Shown here: piece after piece, positions 26,011-35,675 of the stretch
Position numbering within the stretch: position 1 is the stretch's first letter
Layout of the letters: each line of letters begins with the position of its first letter
Source: Torpedo marmorata
Taxonomy: Eukaryota
NCBI GenBank assembly: GCA_977017645.1
Contig: OZ360226.1
Location: forward strand, 24,118,001 to 24,182,000
Direction of reading: 5' to 3'
DNA: 64,000 nt
The notes under the pieces: generated by a model
What the model was told of the DNA's origin: nothing
What the model saw: only the letters and a program-made list of their open reading frames with translations
Databases searched by the model: none
Translations under genes and position numbers: made by a program

Positions 26011-26229
26011 AGCCTGAGCAGTAGCCCAGAGGGGGTGGTCTGCAAGTATGTGAGTCCTTGCCAGTAGCCTGAGCAGTAGCCCAGAGGGGGTGGTCTGCAA
26101 GTATGTGAGTCCTTGCCAGTAGCCTGAGCAGTAGCCCAGAGGGGGTGGTCTGCAAGTATGTGAGTCCTTGCCAGTAGCCTGAGCAGTAGCCCAGAGGGGG
26201 TGGTCTGCAAGTATGTGAGTCCTTGCCAG
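26011..26229 (+). repeat. Perfect 55-bp tandem repeat, ~4 copies
   Basis: agcctgagcagtagcccagagggggtggtctgcaagtatgtgagtccttgccagt starts at 26011, 26066, 26121, 26176. Confidence 0.95.
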
Positions 26230-26619
26230 CTTGGACCCTACATTGACTTAAGATTTATTATTAATATTGCATCAGAGGGCCATAGAGTCGTACAGCACAG
26301 AACAGGCCCTTTGGCCCAATTTGTCCATGTTTACCAAGTTGGCATTCTGGGTTTGTCCCATTGCCTCTGCAGTTTTAGACTGGATCACATTTCTTTAGAA
26401 TATTTCAAAACAACAAACACGCAATTGATTGCATTAACAGCTCCTTCATAGGAAGACCACTTTCACAAGGGGGCATTTACACATCCTGCTAGTCTGCAGC
26501 AGCAGCACAGTTAACGAAAATACCAGAACCTGTATGGTTTATGGAAATAATCCTTTAACCTTCAATATACTTAGCCAAGCTTCCCATCATGCCTTATGAT
26601 CAGTATTTTTCAACTCTAC

Positions 26620-27170
26620 AAGATTCAAGGTTCCTTTATTGTCATAAATACATAAAACTTGTTTACCTTTGCCTGTAAAGGCACACAAAGAGACACCCGT
26701 AGTGTGGCGTCCCCACCAACAAGAGAAAGAAAAACAAAGGAGACTGCCTTCAGACACACCAAGAGTCCGTGGATCCCACCACCTCCTTCAATGCCGCCAC
26801 TTCCTGCGCTCCCGAAATCTCCAGAGCCGCACGGCCCCTTGTCCGGTCCAGTGGTGAACTTGAGCACCAGGCATCCAAGTTCCCGTCCCCTGGTTCAGAA
26901 ACCCAAATGTGATCAGGAAGCTGTTAGCGCCCGAGGCCCTTCGAGAGCCCATCATACCATTGGCACCCTCACAAATCCCAGACTCGATACCTGGATCCCA
27001 TGCGCTGGTCTCCAGCAGCCCGTGACCCTGGTGTAAGTCCTTCGGCCCCCAGGCCCCTTGCTGGTCCGCTGCTGTGGTCTCCTCACCCCTAGGGACCTCT
27101 CTCAGGCTTCACCTTCTCGACAGGAGTGGGTGTGTTCTCCCCCTCTCCACCAAACCTGAGGCCATTAGAG
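26620..27170 (-). mobile_element. Non-coding GC-rich retroposon with LINE-type 3' tail
   Basis: Minus strand ends ATGACAATAAAGGAACCTTGAATCT; left boundary clear, right boundary approximate. Confidence 0.45.
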
Positions 27171-27231
27171 AGGACATTTGAAGGATAACGAATACAACTT
27201 GGAGCTGATCTTTGTCAAAAATCTTGATAAT

Positions 27232-27364
27232 TTTCGGGAGGGTTAGGGAGGGGAGGGAGGGAGGAAGGGGGGGGGGTGAAAATGTATCACATGTAATTTG
27301 ATAATTTTGCATTTTAAACTATGTAATGTGTGATTTAAAAAATTTTTAAATAAAATATTTTTTA
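27232..27364 (+). mobile_element. Very short L1/Tx1 3' insertion with 15-bp TSD
   Basis: AAAAATCTTGATAAT at 27217-27231 and 27365-27379; G-tract + aatgtatcacatg + AATAAA similar to the L1 3' UTR at 45840-45980. Confidence 0.85.
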
Positions 27365-28373
27365 AAAAATCTTGATAATCAAAAAGTTCAGCAATCAAAT
27401 GAATTCATCATTGGTTGTATTTTTATGATTCTACTCAGAAATAAATATTTCATATTTTGGATAACTTCATTTTGGCAAACAATTGATGGTGTGTGTAGGT
27501 TTATTTCCATTTCAAAGTTCTGTGGGTGAGTGCATGGGTACCTTAAAGAACTGTACCTCAGTACTGAGAATGACCTTGAAACATTCTTGTATTGTATGAG
27601 AACCTGCTGTTCGCCTGAGTCACTGCCATCAATAAAGCACATTCTGTTTACAGCTCTACCTCTGTCTAATCACTTTGCTTGCAGCAAGACAAAGAAATGC
27701 ACAGCCCTACAGGGGAGCTTCCAATGCCTGACGCCAAAGGGTGTTGAGGAACATATCGCGCAGGTTAAAGAAAAGAAAGGGAGACTTGGACAGATGCTGG
27801 GTGCTCAGCACCATGGAGAACCAAGAAGATAATGGAGCACGCAAGAGTGGATTTAAAAATAAATTAGAATAAAAAGAGGTATTGTAAGAGCAAATACAAA
27901 TACCATGTGGAGTTGGTGCTCGAAACAAAGGGCAAAATTATTAAAACTAATGCACATCAAAGCTGATCTCCTGAGCATGATTTTGGTACAGGTTTTATAC
28001 ACTCTATGGACATGATTACAGAAACTTGATTAAGTTAGTTTTACTGTTTTAATTACAGAATGGGATTTACAAAGATCTAGTTACTGGCAAGAATAAGGTT
28101 GATTACAGAATAGGATGGTTAATTATCTATAAGTTTAACTTAGTTAACAAGGAGTCAAAGTTTCTGTTACAACAATGGGTGCATGTTATGATTGTAACTT
28201 AATTAACAATGAATCCAATTTCTTACTACAGCAAATGGTGCACACAATAACATAATTAATGATGTTCCTGAAACTTGGGTGTTGTCACTGCTGTATTCCA
28301 CAGCTCTTCTCTTGGGCCTGTCTTGGGTTCCCTGTTACCATATTAGCAAAATCCACATCCCTCTTTACTAGTT

Positions 28374-28490
28374 CGGAATGTACTGGGTGTGTAGGTTAAT
28401 TGGGTGTAAATTGGGTGGCACGGACCCGTGGGCCGAAATGGCCTGTTACCGGGCTGTATGTCTAAAAAAAAAATTTAAATTTAAAAAATT
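28374..28490 (+). mobile_element. 5'-truncated V-SINE 3' part with A-rich tail
   Basis: ggttaattgggtgtaaattggg..ggccgaaatggcctgttacc..gctgtatgtctaaaaa. Confidence 0.6.
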
Positions 28491-28764
28491 AGTTATAGCC
28501 CTCACTATTCTTTCCCCTGCAACAGGTATGAAAAATATTGTCAGGTAAAATGAAGGGAAATTCTCAGATGTTCCATAAATGTGTAAAAGAAAAGGGTTTT
28601 GAGAGAAAACAATAGGTCTGCTTAGAGACCAAAAGGGCAGGTTGGGTGTGTACAGAGACAGTGGTGATGTACATGGACATCAAAGAGCAAGAATGTCAAG
28701 TACAGGAAGTGATACATAGAGGATATATTAAGCAGCCAGGAATCTTTAGCCCTGGATAAAACAC

Positions 28765-29117
28765 CATGGAGTCATTGTGTCATACAGCATGGAAACAGGC
28801 CATTTGGCCCAATTTGCCCACACTAAACAAAATGTCCCACCCACACTTGTCCCACCTACCTGCGTTTGGCCCATATCCCTCTAAATGTATCTTATCCATG
28901 TATCCATCTGAATGTTTCTTTAACATTGCAATAGTACCTACCTCAACTACCTACTCCATACATCTACCACTCTCTGTGTAAAAAAAGTTATCGTTCAGAT
29001 TCCTATTAAATATCTCCCCCCTCACCTTAAACCTATGTCCTCTGGTTACCCATTCTCCTACACTGGGCAAAAGACTCAGTGCGTTCACCTGATCTATTCC
29101 TCTCATGATTTTGTACA
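28765..29117 (-). mobile_element. CR1 3' end fragment
   Basis: Reverse complement resembles the CR1 C-terminus and 3' UTR at 720-1060. Confidence 0.8.
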
Positions 29118-29497
29118 CCAGGCCCTGACAAACTCCAATTACTTTGCAGATAGTTCAAGCAGCTGATTGAAACTTCAACTGACAACAACACAAAGTATGG
29201 CAAACTGTTGCCCCTGCTTCCTCCAGGCCACCAGCCTGTTCGTCTTTGTCTTCCCAAGCTGCTGATCATTGGCCTTCATTGAAGCCGCCAGCTCCCGTTC
29301 AGCCACTGTCAAAGGGCAGGTTATCTCCACAGATCTCCAGTTCACAGTGTCATGGACCATGACTGACCATTTGGTCTGCGGGTGGTCAGCAGGAAGGATG
29401 AAGTCTTTTGGAGTACCCACTGGGACCTGGTACTGAAAGAGTTAACTTGCCCAGGACTTCTTGTACTCACAGAGAGAGAGACACCAGAGAGAGACAT

Positions 29498-30082
29498 TGT
29501 AAGAGCCGTAGGCTCATTAACTTACCGTTGTTGCGGCGCTCCGAGGCCACGTCGGGCCATGGAGCACTCGCGTTGTTCTGTAGGCCGTTGTCGGCCCGTT
29601 CTTTGCTCTGCGCATGCGCGGGAGTGCCGACGGGCGCATGCGCAGTGTGTAGTCACGTCATTGTGCGCGTTGCAGTCTGGGAAATGTAGTATGCGCGGGG
29701 TAGGATGCGCAGTGGTTTTAGGAGCTAATGGGCATGCGCAAATCAAGGATAGAGAGAGAGAAAAGGAAAGGAATAAGATGTTTGGAGGGTGAGTGAGGTC
29801 TCCACATCTTTATTGACCGTTTTATATCGTTTTTATAACTTTTACATCGTTCTACAGTGTTTCATATCATTTTGGAATTGTTTAAAGAATTATTTAAAGG
29901 AACTCATCATACATCGTTTACAAGAACTGTTTAATTAAAGTCATTGAAGATTACTGCAAGTCATGTGTGTAAATAAAGGTTTTTGAACATATTGGACTTT
30001 GTTTGTAAATTGATTAAAACGCGTCAAAGACAAGTATCTCACTTAGCCTCCAGGTGACTATTGTTGGATCGAAGTCACCGTA
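29498..30082 (+). repeat. 5' LTR of BEL copy 2
   Basis: Near-identical to 34750-35335. Confidence 0.95.
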
Positions 30083-30532
30083 ATATAGTCAATAAAGTGC
30101 TGGCTGTTTGGAACGGAAGTTAGAAGGAAAGAAGATAGAAAAATCTCTGTGCTTTGGACTGATATAAAATGGTGGCCATTTTGGAGATGCCTCGAGTTGG
30201 GGGCAGTTTGTAATCTACATCCATCTGCCATGAATAACAGCCAGAGAATGATTTAAAGCTTCAAATCTTATAGAAAAGTGTCCTATAAATACGTTGGAAA
30301 AACTATTTTTTGGAAAATCAGTGATATTAGTGACAGATGTTGTGGTTGAAACTCGTTTGTGGATTGCAGCACATTACAGTCATTTGAAGTGGTTGGCATA
30401 AGTCTGTGGACTCCTTCTGTGTATCTTTAGCAAGTAAGAACACAGATTGGGATTGCTGCCGCTGGTCCATTGGGGACTGTTGTTTGGCTAGTGTTGTGTA
30501 TGCTTGAAGGAAAGAGGAACAAGACGAGTAAA

Positions 30533-31054
30533 ATGGCCGCAGCAGCCACTGATACAGCAGCTACTGATATATCAGCAGCTGACGCAGCAACCGCTGATGT
30601 TGCTGTTGAGGACCAACGTATTGAAGACATGAAGGTTTCGGATATTAAAGAAGAATTGAAGCGACTGAAAAAGGACATAAGTGGAAATAAAAAGGTTCTT
30701 ATCGAAAGATTGAAGCAGGCAAAGGATGAAGAGGCAGCTTCATTAGTTGAACAAGAAGATAACTTGGAAATGGCTGAAATTGTGTCACCAAATGTTGAAG
30801 AAATTAAAGTGATTGAAGATGCAAAGGATATACAATTCGAATTGGATAAAGAGGTAAGTATGAAGACAACATATGAACTGCAGGACGAAATACAAGCAAG
30901 TGACAGTGTCTCAAATGCTGAAAGCAGGAGAAGCAAAAGAAGTTCTGGTTCAAGCTCCAGAGTTTCTCGTACTTCAAGTTCTGCATCAAGGTTGATGTTA
31001 AATTGGCCGCTCTTATTGCACAACAAAAAACGCTTAAGGATAAATTTATTTTAG
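30533..31054 (+). CDS. N-terminal part of the BEL polyprotein with SAP domain (frameshifted from the main ORF by a ~10-bp deletion near 30990)
   Basis: AAAATGGCC start, MAAAA; IEDMKVSDIKEELKRLKKDISGNKKVLIERLKQA fits the SAP pattern; this region is continuous with Gag in copy 1. Confidence 0.75.
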   Translation: MAAAATDTAATDISAADAATADVAVEDQRIEDMKVSDIKEELKRLKKDISGNKKVLIERLKQAKDEEAASLVEQEDNLEMAEIVSPNVEEIKVIEDAKDIQFELDKEVSMKTTYELQDEIQASDSVSNAESRRSKRSSGSSSRVSRTSSSASRLMLNWPLLLHNKKRLRINLF

Positions 31055-34000
31055 AACAAGAGGAGGAGCAGCTAAGACAAAATGAGAATCAGCTAAAGGA
31101 GCGGCTAAGACAAGAGGAGGAGCGGCTAAGACAAGAGGAGGAGCAGATAAGACAAAATGAGAATCAGCTAAAGGAGCGGCTAAGACAAGAGGAGGAGCGG
31201 CTAAGACAAGAGGAGGAGCAGTTAAGACAAAATAAGGAGCAGCTAAGACAAAAGGAGGAGCAGCTAAGACAAGAAAAGGAACAGCTAAGGCAGAGAAAAC
31301 AACAGCAGGAGCTGGAAGCAAACATTGCTATTGCCAAGGCAGAAAAGAAAGCAATAGAAGGCTCAATGGTATTTGGTGCTAGCAGTAAATTATCTAAATT
31401 GTCTGATAATAAAAGGTCATATTTAAAAAAGGAGTCACAGGAAAAGAAACCAACCAAAAGGATAGATATTTTAGAACCAAGGATACAAAACTTACATATA
31501 CAAAGACAGACCTTTCAAGAGCATATTGGTATCGAGTCACATGTACCATTAGTAACACCTGAAAGCAAAGCTGCGGCTTGGGTTCGGTCGAACGAAGCAG
31601 CTTCTTTGTTATATGAGTCAAGCATCAGAAATATGGAAGAAACTACACCAGTGAGGTTTCCAGATACATTACATGCAACAAGAGACGGTGAACAGAGCAA
31701 TGTATTGTCATCCAAGGAAAGACAGAATGAAACTGCTGCATCATTGTTTCAGTTACAGTCTCTCTCTTCTTTACCCAAGAAAGAGATACAAACTTTTGAT
31801 GGTGATCCACTTCAATATCAATCATTTATGAGATCTTTCAAACACAATATTGAAGATAAATGTCAAGATCGTGATGAATGTCTTTATTATTTGGAAATGT
31901 TCACAAAGGGACATCCAAAAGAACTGGTAAAGAGTTGTAAACAAATGTCTTCAAAAAGAGGATTAGAGAAAGCTAAGGCTTTATTGGAACAATATTTTGG
32001 CAACAAGCATCGAATTGCTTTAGCTTATATGGATAAAGCTCTTAAATGGACATCAATAAAACAAAATGATGTAAAGGCTCTGCAAGAATATACTTTATTT
32101 TTAAGAGGATGTTGTAATGCTATGGAAGAAATCGATAATATTCGTGAGCTTGATGTGCGAATTATCTTAGAAAAATTACCTTACAAATTATGGGATAGAT
32201 GGAGAGATTTGGCTTGTGATTTACAAGTAGATTACGGTCGAAAAACTACCTTAAAGGATTTAGTAAATTTTCTTGAACGACGGGTGTACGTTGAAACAGA
32301 TCCACTATATGGAAATACCAGAGATAATTCAATGGGCAAAGATGTAAGAAAGTCTAATTCACAGTCTAGTCCGAAATTAAAAAGGAGTACTTTTGCTACT
32401 AATGTGCAAGTTATAAGTAAAGAAAATGACAAAGTAAATAAGGAAAAGGAAAGTTTGCCTAATGAAAAGAGTTGTTTGTTCTGTAAAGGTGGACATGCTT
32501 TGGAAATGTGTTTACGATTGGAAAAGAAGGAACATAAGGAAAAGATCGCTTTCTTAAAGGAAAATGGAATATGTTTTAGCTGTCTGTGTAAAGGACACAT
32601 CAGTAAAAACTGCGAGAAGCGAATTAATTGTAACATATGCAATTTGAAACATCCTAGAATTTTGCATATCCATAACAGAAACAAGGAATTGGAAAAGGAG
32701 CAAACAGAAACAAAGGAAACAACAGAAAATAATGTTATAACCTCGGTTCAGACAAGTGGTCTTACTGGGGCCGGGGTGAATAACTGCAAACTTTCAATAG
32801 TGCCTGTACAAGTCAAGGCCAAGAAAGGGGATGTAATAGTAAAAACATATGCATTTTTAGACCCAGGCAGCACTGCATCTTTTTGCACGGAAGGACTAAT
32901 GAATAAACTTAATATTCAAGGAAAAAGATCAAGAATTATGTTAAAAACCATGGGACAAGAAAAGGTTGTTGAAACTAACATTATAACAGGCTTAGAGGTT
33001 GCTGGATTGGATGACAAAAAATTTTGTGATCTTCCAAGTGTATATACTCAGAAGACTATGCCTGTGAATGAAGGAAATATTCCTCATCAAAGGGATATCC
33101 ATCATTTAGCTTATCTGTGGAAGGTTTATTTACCTGAAATTAATTCTGAGATAGAAATGCTGATTGGTTCAGATGTGCCAAAGGTTTTGGTACCAAAAGA
33201 AGTAATAGAAAGTAAAAGGAATGGACCTTATGCTGTTAAAACCATTCTTGGTTGGACAATCAATGGACCAATGGAAAGAAATAATGATATTGCTCAGGAA
33301 CAGGTAGCGATAAATATTAATAGAATTTTGGTTGAGAAAGTTGAAGAGTTAAGCGAAGAGCAAAAAACTATGAATAAGAAAATCACTTATGAAGAAAAGA
33401 AAACAGATCAATGTGAAAATAAATCAATGATATTTAAAACAACATTGAAGGAATTAATTTCGTCAGAAATGGATGAAAGTGAAGTATTAGAAGATGTTGC
33501 AAATAATACTATTGATTATTCATGTGTAATTGAATCAAATAAAGGAATAAAACAAGTGACTGAAAACAAATCTGAATGTAGATTTTGTAGTTCAGAGATT
33601 ACAACAGACAAAGCTAATGAAGAATTATTGCAATGTGATGTAAAACTGGAGAACACAGAAAATTGTGCTGATGGAATAAAGAATAATATGAATGATAATT
33701 TAATGCAATTGAATTCAGAGAACAAAATGTTGAAAGGGGAATTGGAAATATTAGATAATCAAGAAAACAGTAAACAGAAAGATTTAATTGTAAGTAAAAC
33801 TCGCAAAGTCAGAAAGCGGAAGAAAAGAATAACTGCTGAAGAAATGAATACAGTTATCGAGGAAAGAGATTCAGCATTATCAAAATGTAAAAGGTTGGAG
33901 GAAGAGATTAATGTTTTAAAAGAGAACAAGTTATTGGTTAATAACACAAAACAATTAACAATACAGAAAGAATGTGATATTGCATTGCAGAAATGTAACA

Positions 34001-34320
34001 AACAAGATGAAGAAATTAAAAAATTTCAAGTTTGTCGCAACAGGATTGACAATGGAAATATCAATGTATCACAAAGAACTGAGACTGAATTGAAAGTTAC
34101 AAAATTGGATTTAGAATTGCAGGAAAGAGCCATAGAAACCAGAGTGGTTAAACAGACCTGTTTAAAATCGAAAGGAACAAATAAATATTCAAATTCTAAT
34201 TCTATGAGTTTAAATTCTTCACATGAGAAGTGGAATACTGAAGAAAGGAATAAAGTGAAACGACGTGCTGAAGAAGTGCCTTGTGTTAAATTCAAAAGAA
34301 AAACTATCTATTTTGTCTGA
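31003..34320 (+). CDS. BEL Gag (heptad coiled coil, Gag core, Cys/His knuckles) - aspartic protease - MIPOL1-like coiled-coil fusion, 1105 aa open
   Basis: FDGDPLQY, CLFCKGGHALEMC / CFSCLCKGHISKNC / CNICNLKH, AFLDPGS, GWTINGP, then non-pol sequence ITAEEMNTVIEERDSALSKCKRLEEE. Confidence 0.9.
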   Translation: MAALIAQQKTLKDKFILEQEEEQLRQNENQLKERLRQEEERLRQEEEQIRQNENQLKERLRQEEERLRQEEEQLRQNKEQLRQKEEQLRQEKEQLRQRKQQQELEANIAIAKAEKKAIEGSMVFGASSKLSKLSDNKRSYLKKESQEKKPTKRIDILEPRIQNLHIQRQTFQEHIGIESHVPLVTPESKAAAWVRSNEAASLLYESSIRNMEETTPVRFPDTLHATRDGEQSNVLSSKERQNETAASLFQLQSLSSLPKKEIQTFDGDPLQYQSFMRSFKHNIEDKCQDRDECLYYLEMFTKGHPKELVKSCKQMSSKRGLEKAKALLEQYFGNKHRIALAYMDKALKWTSIKQNDVKALQEYTLFLRGCCNAMEEIDNIRELDVRIILEKLPYKLWDRWRDLACDLQVDYGRKTTLKDLVNFLERRVYVETDPLYGNTRDNSMGKDVRKSNSQSSPKLKRSTFATNVQVISKENDKVNKEKESLPNEKSCLFCKGGHALEMCLRLEKKEHKEKIAFLKENGICFSCLCKGHISKNCEKRINCNICNLKHPRILHIHNRNKELEKEQTETKETTENNVITSVQTSGLTGAGVNNCKLSIVPVQVKAKKGDVIVKTYAFLDPGSTASFCTEGLMNKLNIQGKRSRIMLKTMGQEKVVETNIITGLEVAGLDDKKFCDLPSVYTQKTMPVNEGNIPHQRDIHHLAYLWKVYLPEINSEIEMLIGSDVPKVLVPKEVIESKRNGPYAVKTILGWTINGPMERNNDIAQEQVAININRILVEKVEELSEEQKTMNKKITYEEKKTDQCENKSMIFKTTLKELISSEMDESEVLEDVANNTIDYSCVIESNKGIKQVTENKSECRFCSSEITTDKANEELLQCDVKLENTENCADGIKNNMNDNLMQLNSENKMLKGELEILDNQENSKQKDLIVSKTRKVRKRKKRITAEEMNTVIEERDSALSKCKRLEEEINVLKENKLLVNNTKQLTIQKECDIALQKCNKQDEEIKKFQVCRNRIDNGNINVSQRTETELKVTKLDLELQERAIETRVVKQTCLKSKGTNKYSNSNSMSLNSSHEKWNTEERNKVKRRAEEVPCVKFKRKTIYFV

Positions 34321-34384
34321 TGAGGATTTGAAGTTTACTGGTTGACGTTTTAACTCAAAGATAAAAGAGATAAAAGAACTTTAA

Positions 34385-34568
34385 AGAGACATTATGATTA
34401 TTATGGATAATTCAACTTCAAGAAACTCCTGGTTACTTGGAAAAATTATTGAGATTTTTCAAGACAAAGAGGACTTGTGCGTCAAGTGTGAATTAAAACT
34501 AAGACTGTTTTTTTCTAAACAGACCTATTAACAAGGTCTGCCTTTTGTTGGAGACAGAGGAACTTTGA
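34385..34568 (+). pseudogene. Remnant of the extreme C-terminus of BEL pol (post-integrase, DUF5641-like)
   Basis: DIMIIMDNSTSRNSWLLGKIIE..RPINKVCLLLETEEL*; also at ~7269-7450 (-) and 50301-50481 (+). Confidence 0.75.
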
Positions 34569-34749
34569 TAAATATAAACTGACTTTATTTGTTGTTGTAT
34601 ATTTCACAGGTTACAGACTTTTGTTGAATCAGAGTTATGGTAAACTCTAGATTTATGAAGAAGGAAGAAAGAAGATTTGTATTGTTTTAAATGTTATAGT
34701 GTAATTATTATTCAAAACATTACGTCTAATTATAATAATTAGGGGCCGG

Positions 34750-35335
34750 TGTAAGAGCCGTAGGCTCATTAACTTACCGTTGTTGCGGCGCTCCGATGTC
34801 TCGTCGGGCCTTGGAGCGCTCGCGTTGTTCTGTAGGCCGTTGTCGGCCCGTTCTTTGCTCTGCGCATGTGCGGGAGTGCCGACGGGCGCATGCGCAGTGT
34901 GTAGTCACTTCATTGTGCGCGTTGCAGTCTGGGAAATGTAGTGTGCGCGGGGTAGGATGCGCAGTGGTTTTAGGAGCTAATGGGCATGCGCAAATCAAGG
35001 ATAGAGAGAGAGAAAAGGAAAGGAATAAGATGTTTGGAGGGTGAGTGAGGTCTCCACATCCTTATTGACCGTTTTATATCGTTTTTATAACTTTTACATC
35101 GTTCTACAGTGTTTCATATCATTTTGGAATTGTTTAAAGAATTATTTAAAGGAACTCATCATACATCGTTTACAAGAACTGTTTATATTAAAGTCATTGA
35201 AGATTACTGCAAGTCATGTGTGTAAATAAAGGTTTTTGAACATATTGGACTTTGTTAGTAAATTGATTAAAACGCGTCAAAGACAAGTATCTCACTTAGC
35301 CTCCAGGTGACTATTGTTGGATCGAAGTCACCATA
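34750..35335 (+). repeat. 3' LTR of BEL copy 2
   Basis: TGTAAGAG...GTCACCATA. Confidence 0.95.
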
Positions 35336-35675
35336 ATAACTTGCCCAGGACTTCTTGTACTCACAGAGAGAGAGACACCAGAGAGAGACAGACTGTGGAG
35401 AGATACTTTGTTGCACTTTTGCAAAAACAGGTGCAAACCTCTGCAAAAAAGCATGCAGTTTTGTGTTGCAAAGGCTGGAGAACACAGCAAAATCCAGGCT
35501 TGTGCATCCCAGGGGAAAAGGCTGGGAGAATAGCACATGGCCTCCTGTCTCAGCAAAATCCTGAGTTAAAACAACTTTTGTGAAGAACAGGCGTGAGATC
35601 AGCGAGACAGGCTGTGAGATCCAAGTACACGCCTCAATCAGTGGTATACTGATTTGGAGTCGCAATCCTCGTGAA

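Larger units (their letters stand above)
29498..35335 (+). mobile_element. BEL/Pao-derived non-autonomous LTR element, copy 2 (inside the Gypsy 5' LTR, flanked by a 54-bp duplication)
   Basis: LTRs 29498-30082 and 34750-35335; PPT-like taattaggggccgg; same internal layout as copies 1 and 3. Confidence 0.95.

Noticed and set aside
26011-26229. Possible CRISPR-like array
   Set aside because: Head-to-tail identical units without spacers, eukaryotic context, no cas genes
30960-31060. Programmed frameshift between the SAP ORF and gag in copy 2
   Set aside because: Copy 1 is continuous across this point; copy 2 has a ~10-bp deletion and copy 3 a different small lesion, so it is mutation
33781-34160. 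MIPOL1-like sequence read as a real host gene or processed pseudogene
   Set aside because: It lies inside LTR-bounded elements in three copies, in frame with Gag-PR, with no introns, poly(A) or own TSD; no gene symbol assigned
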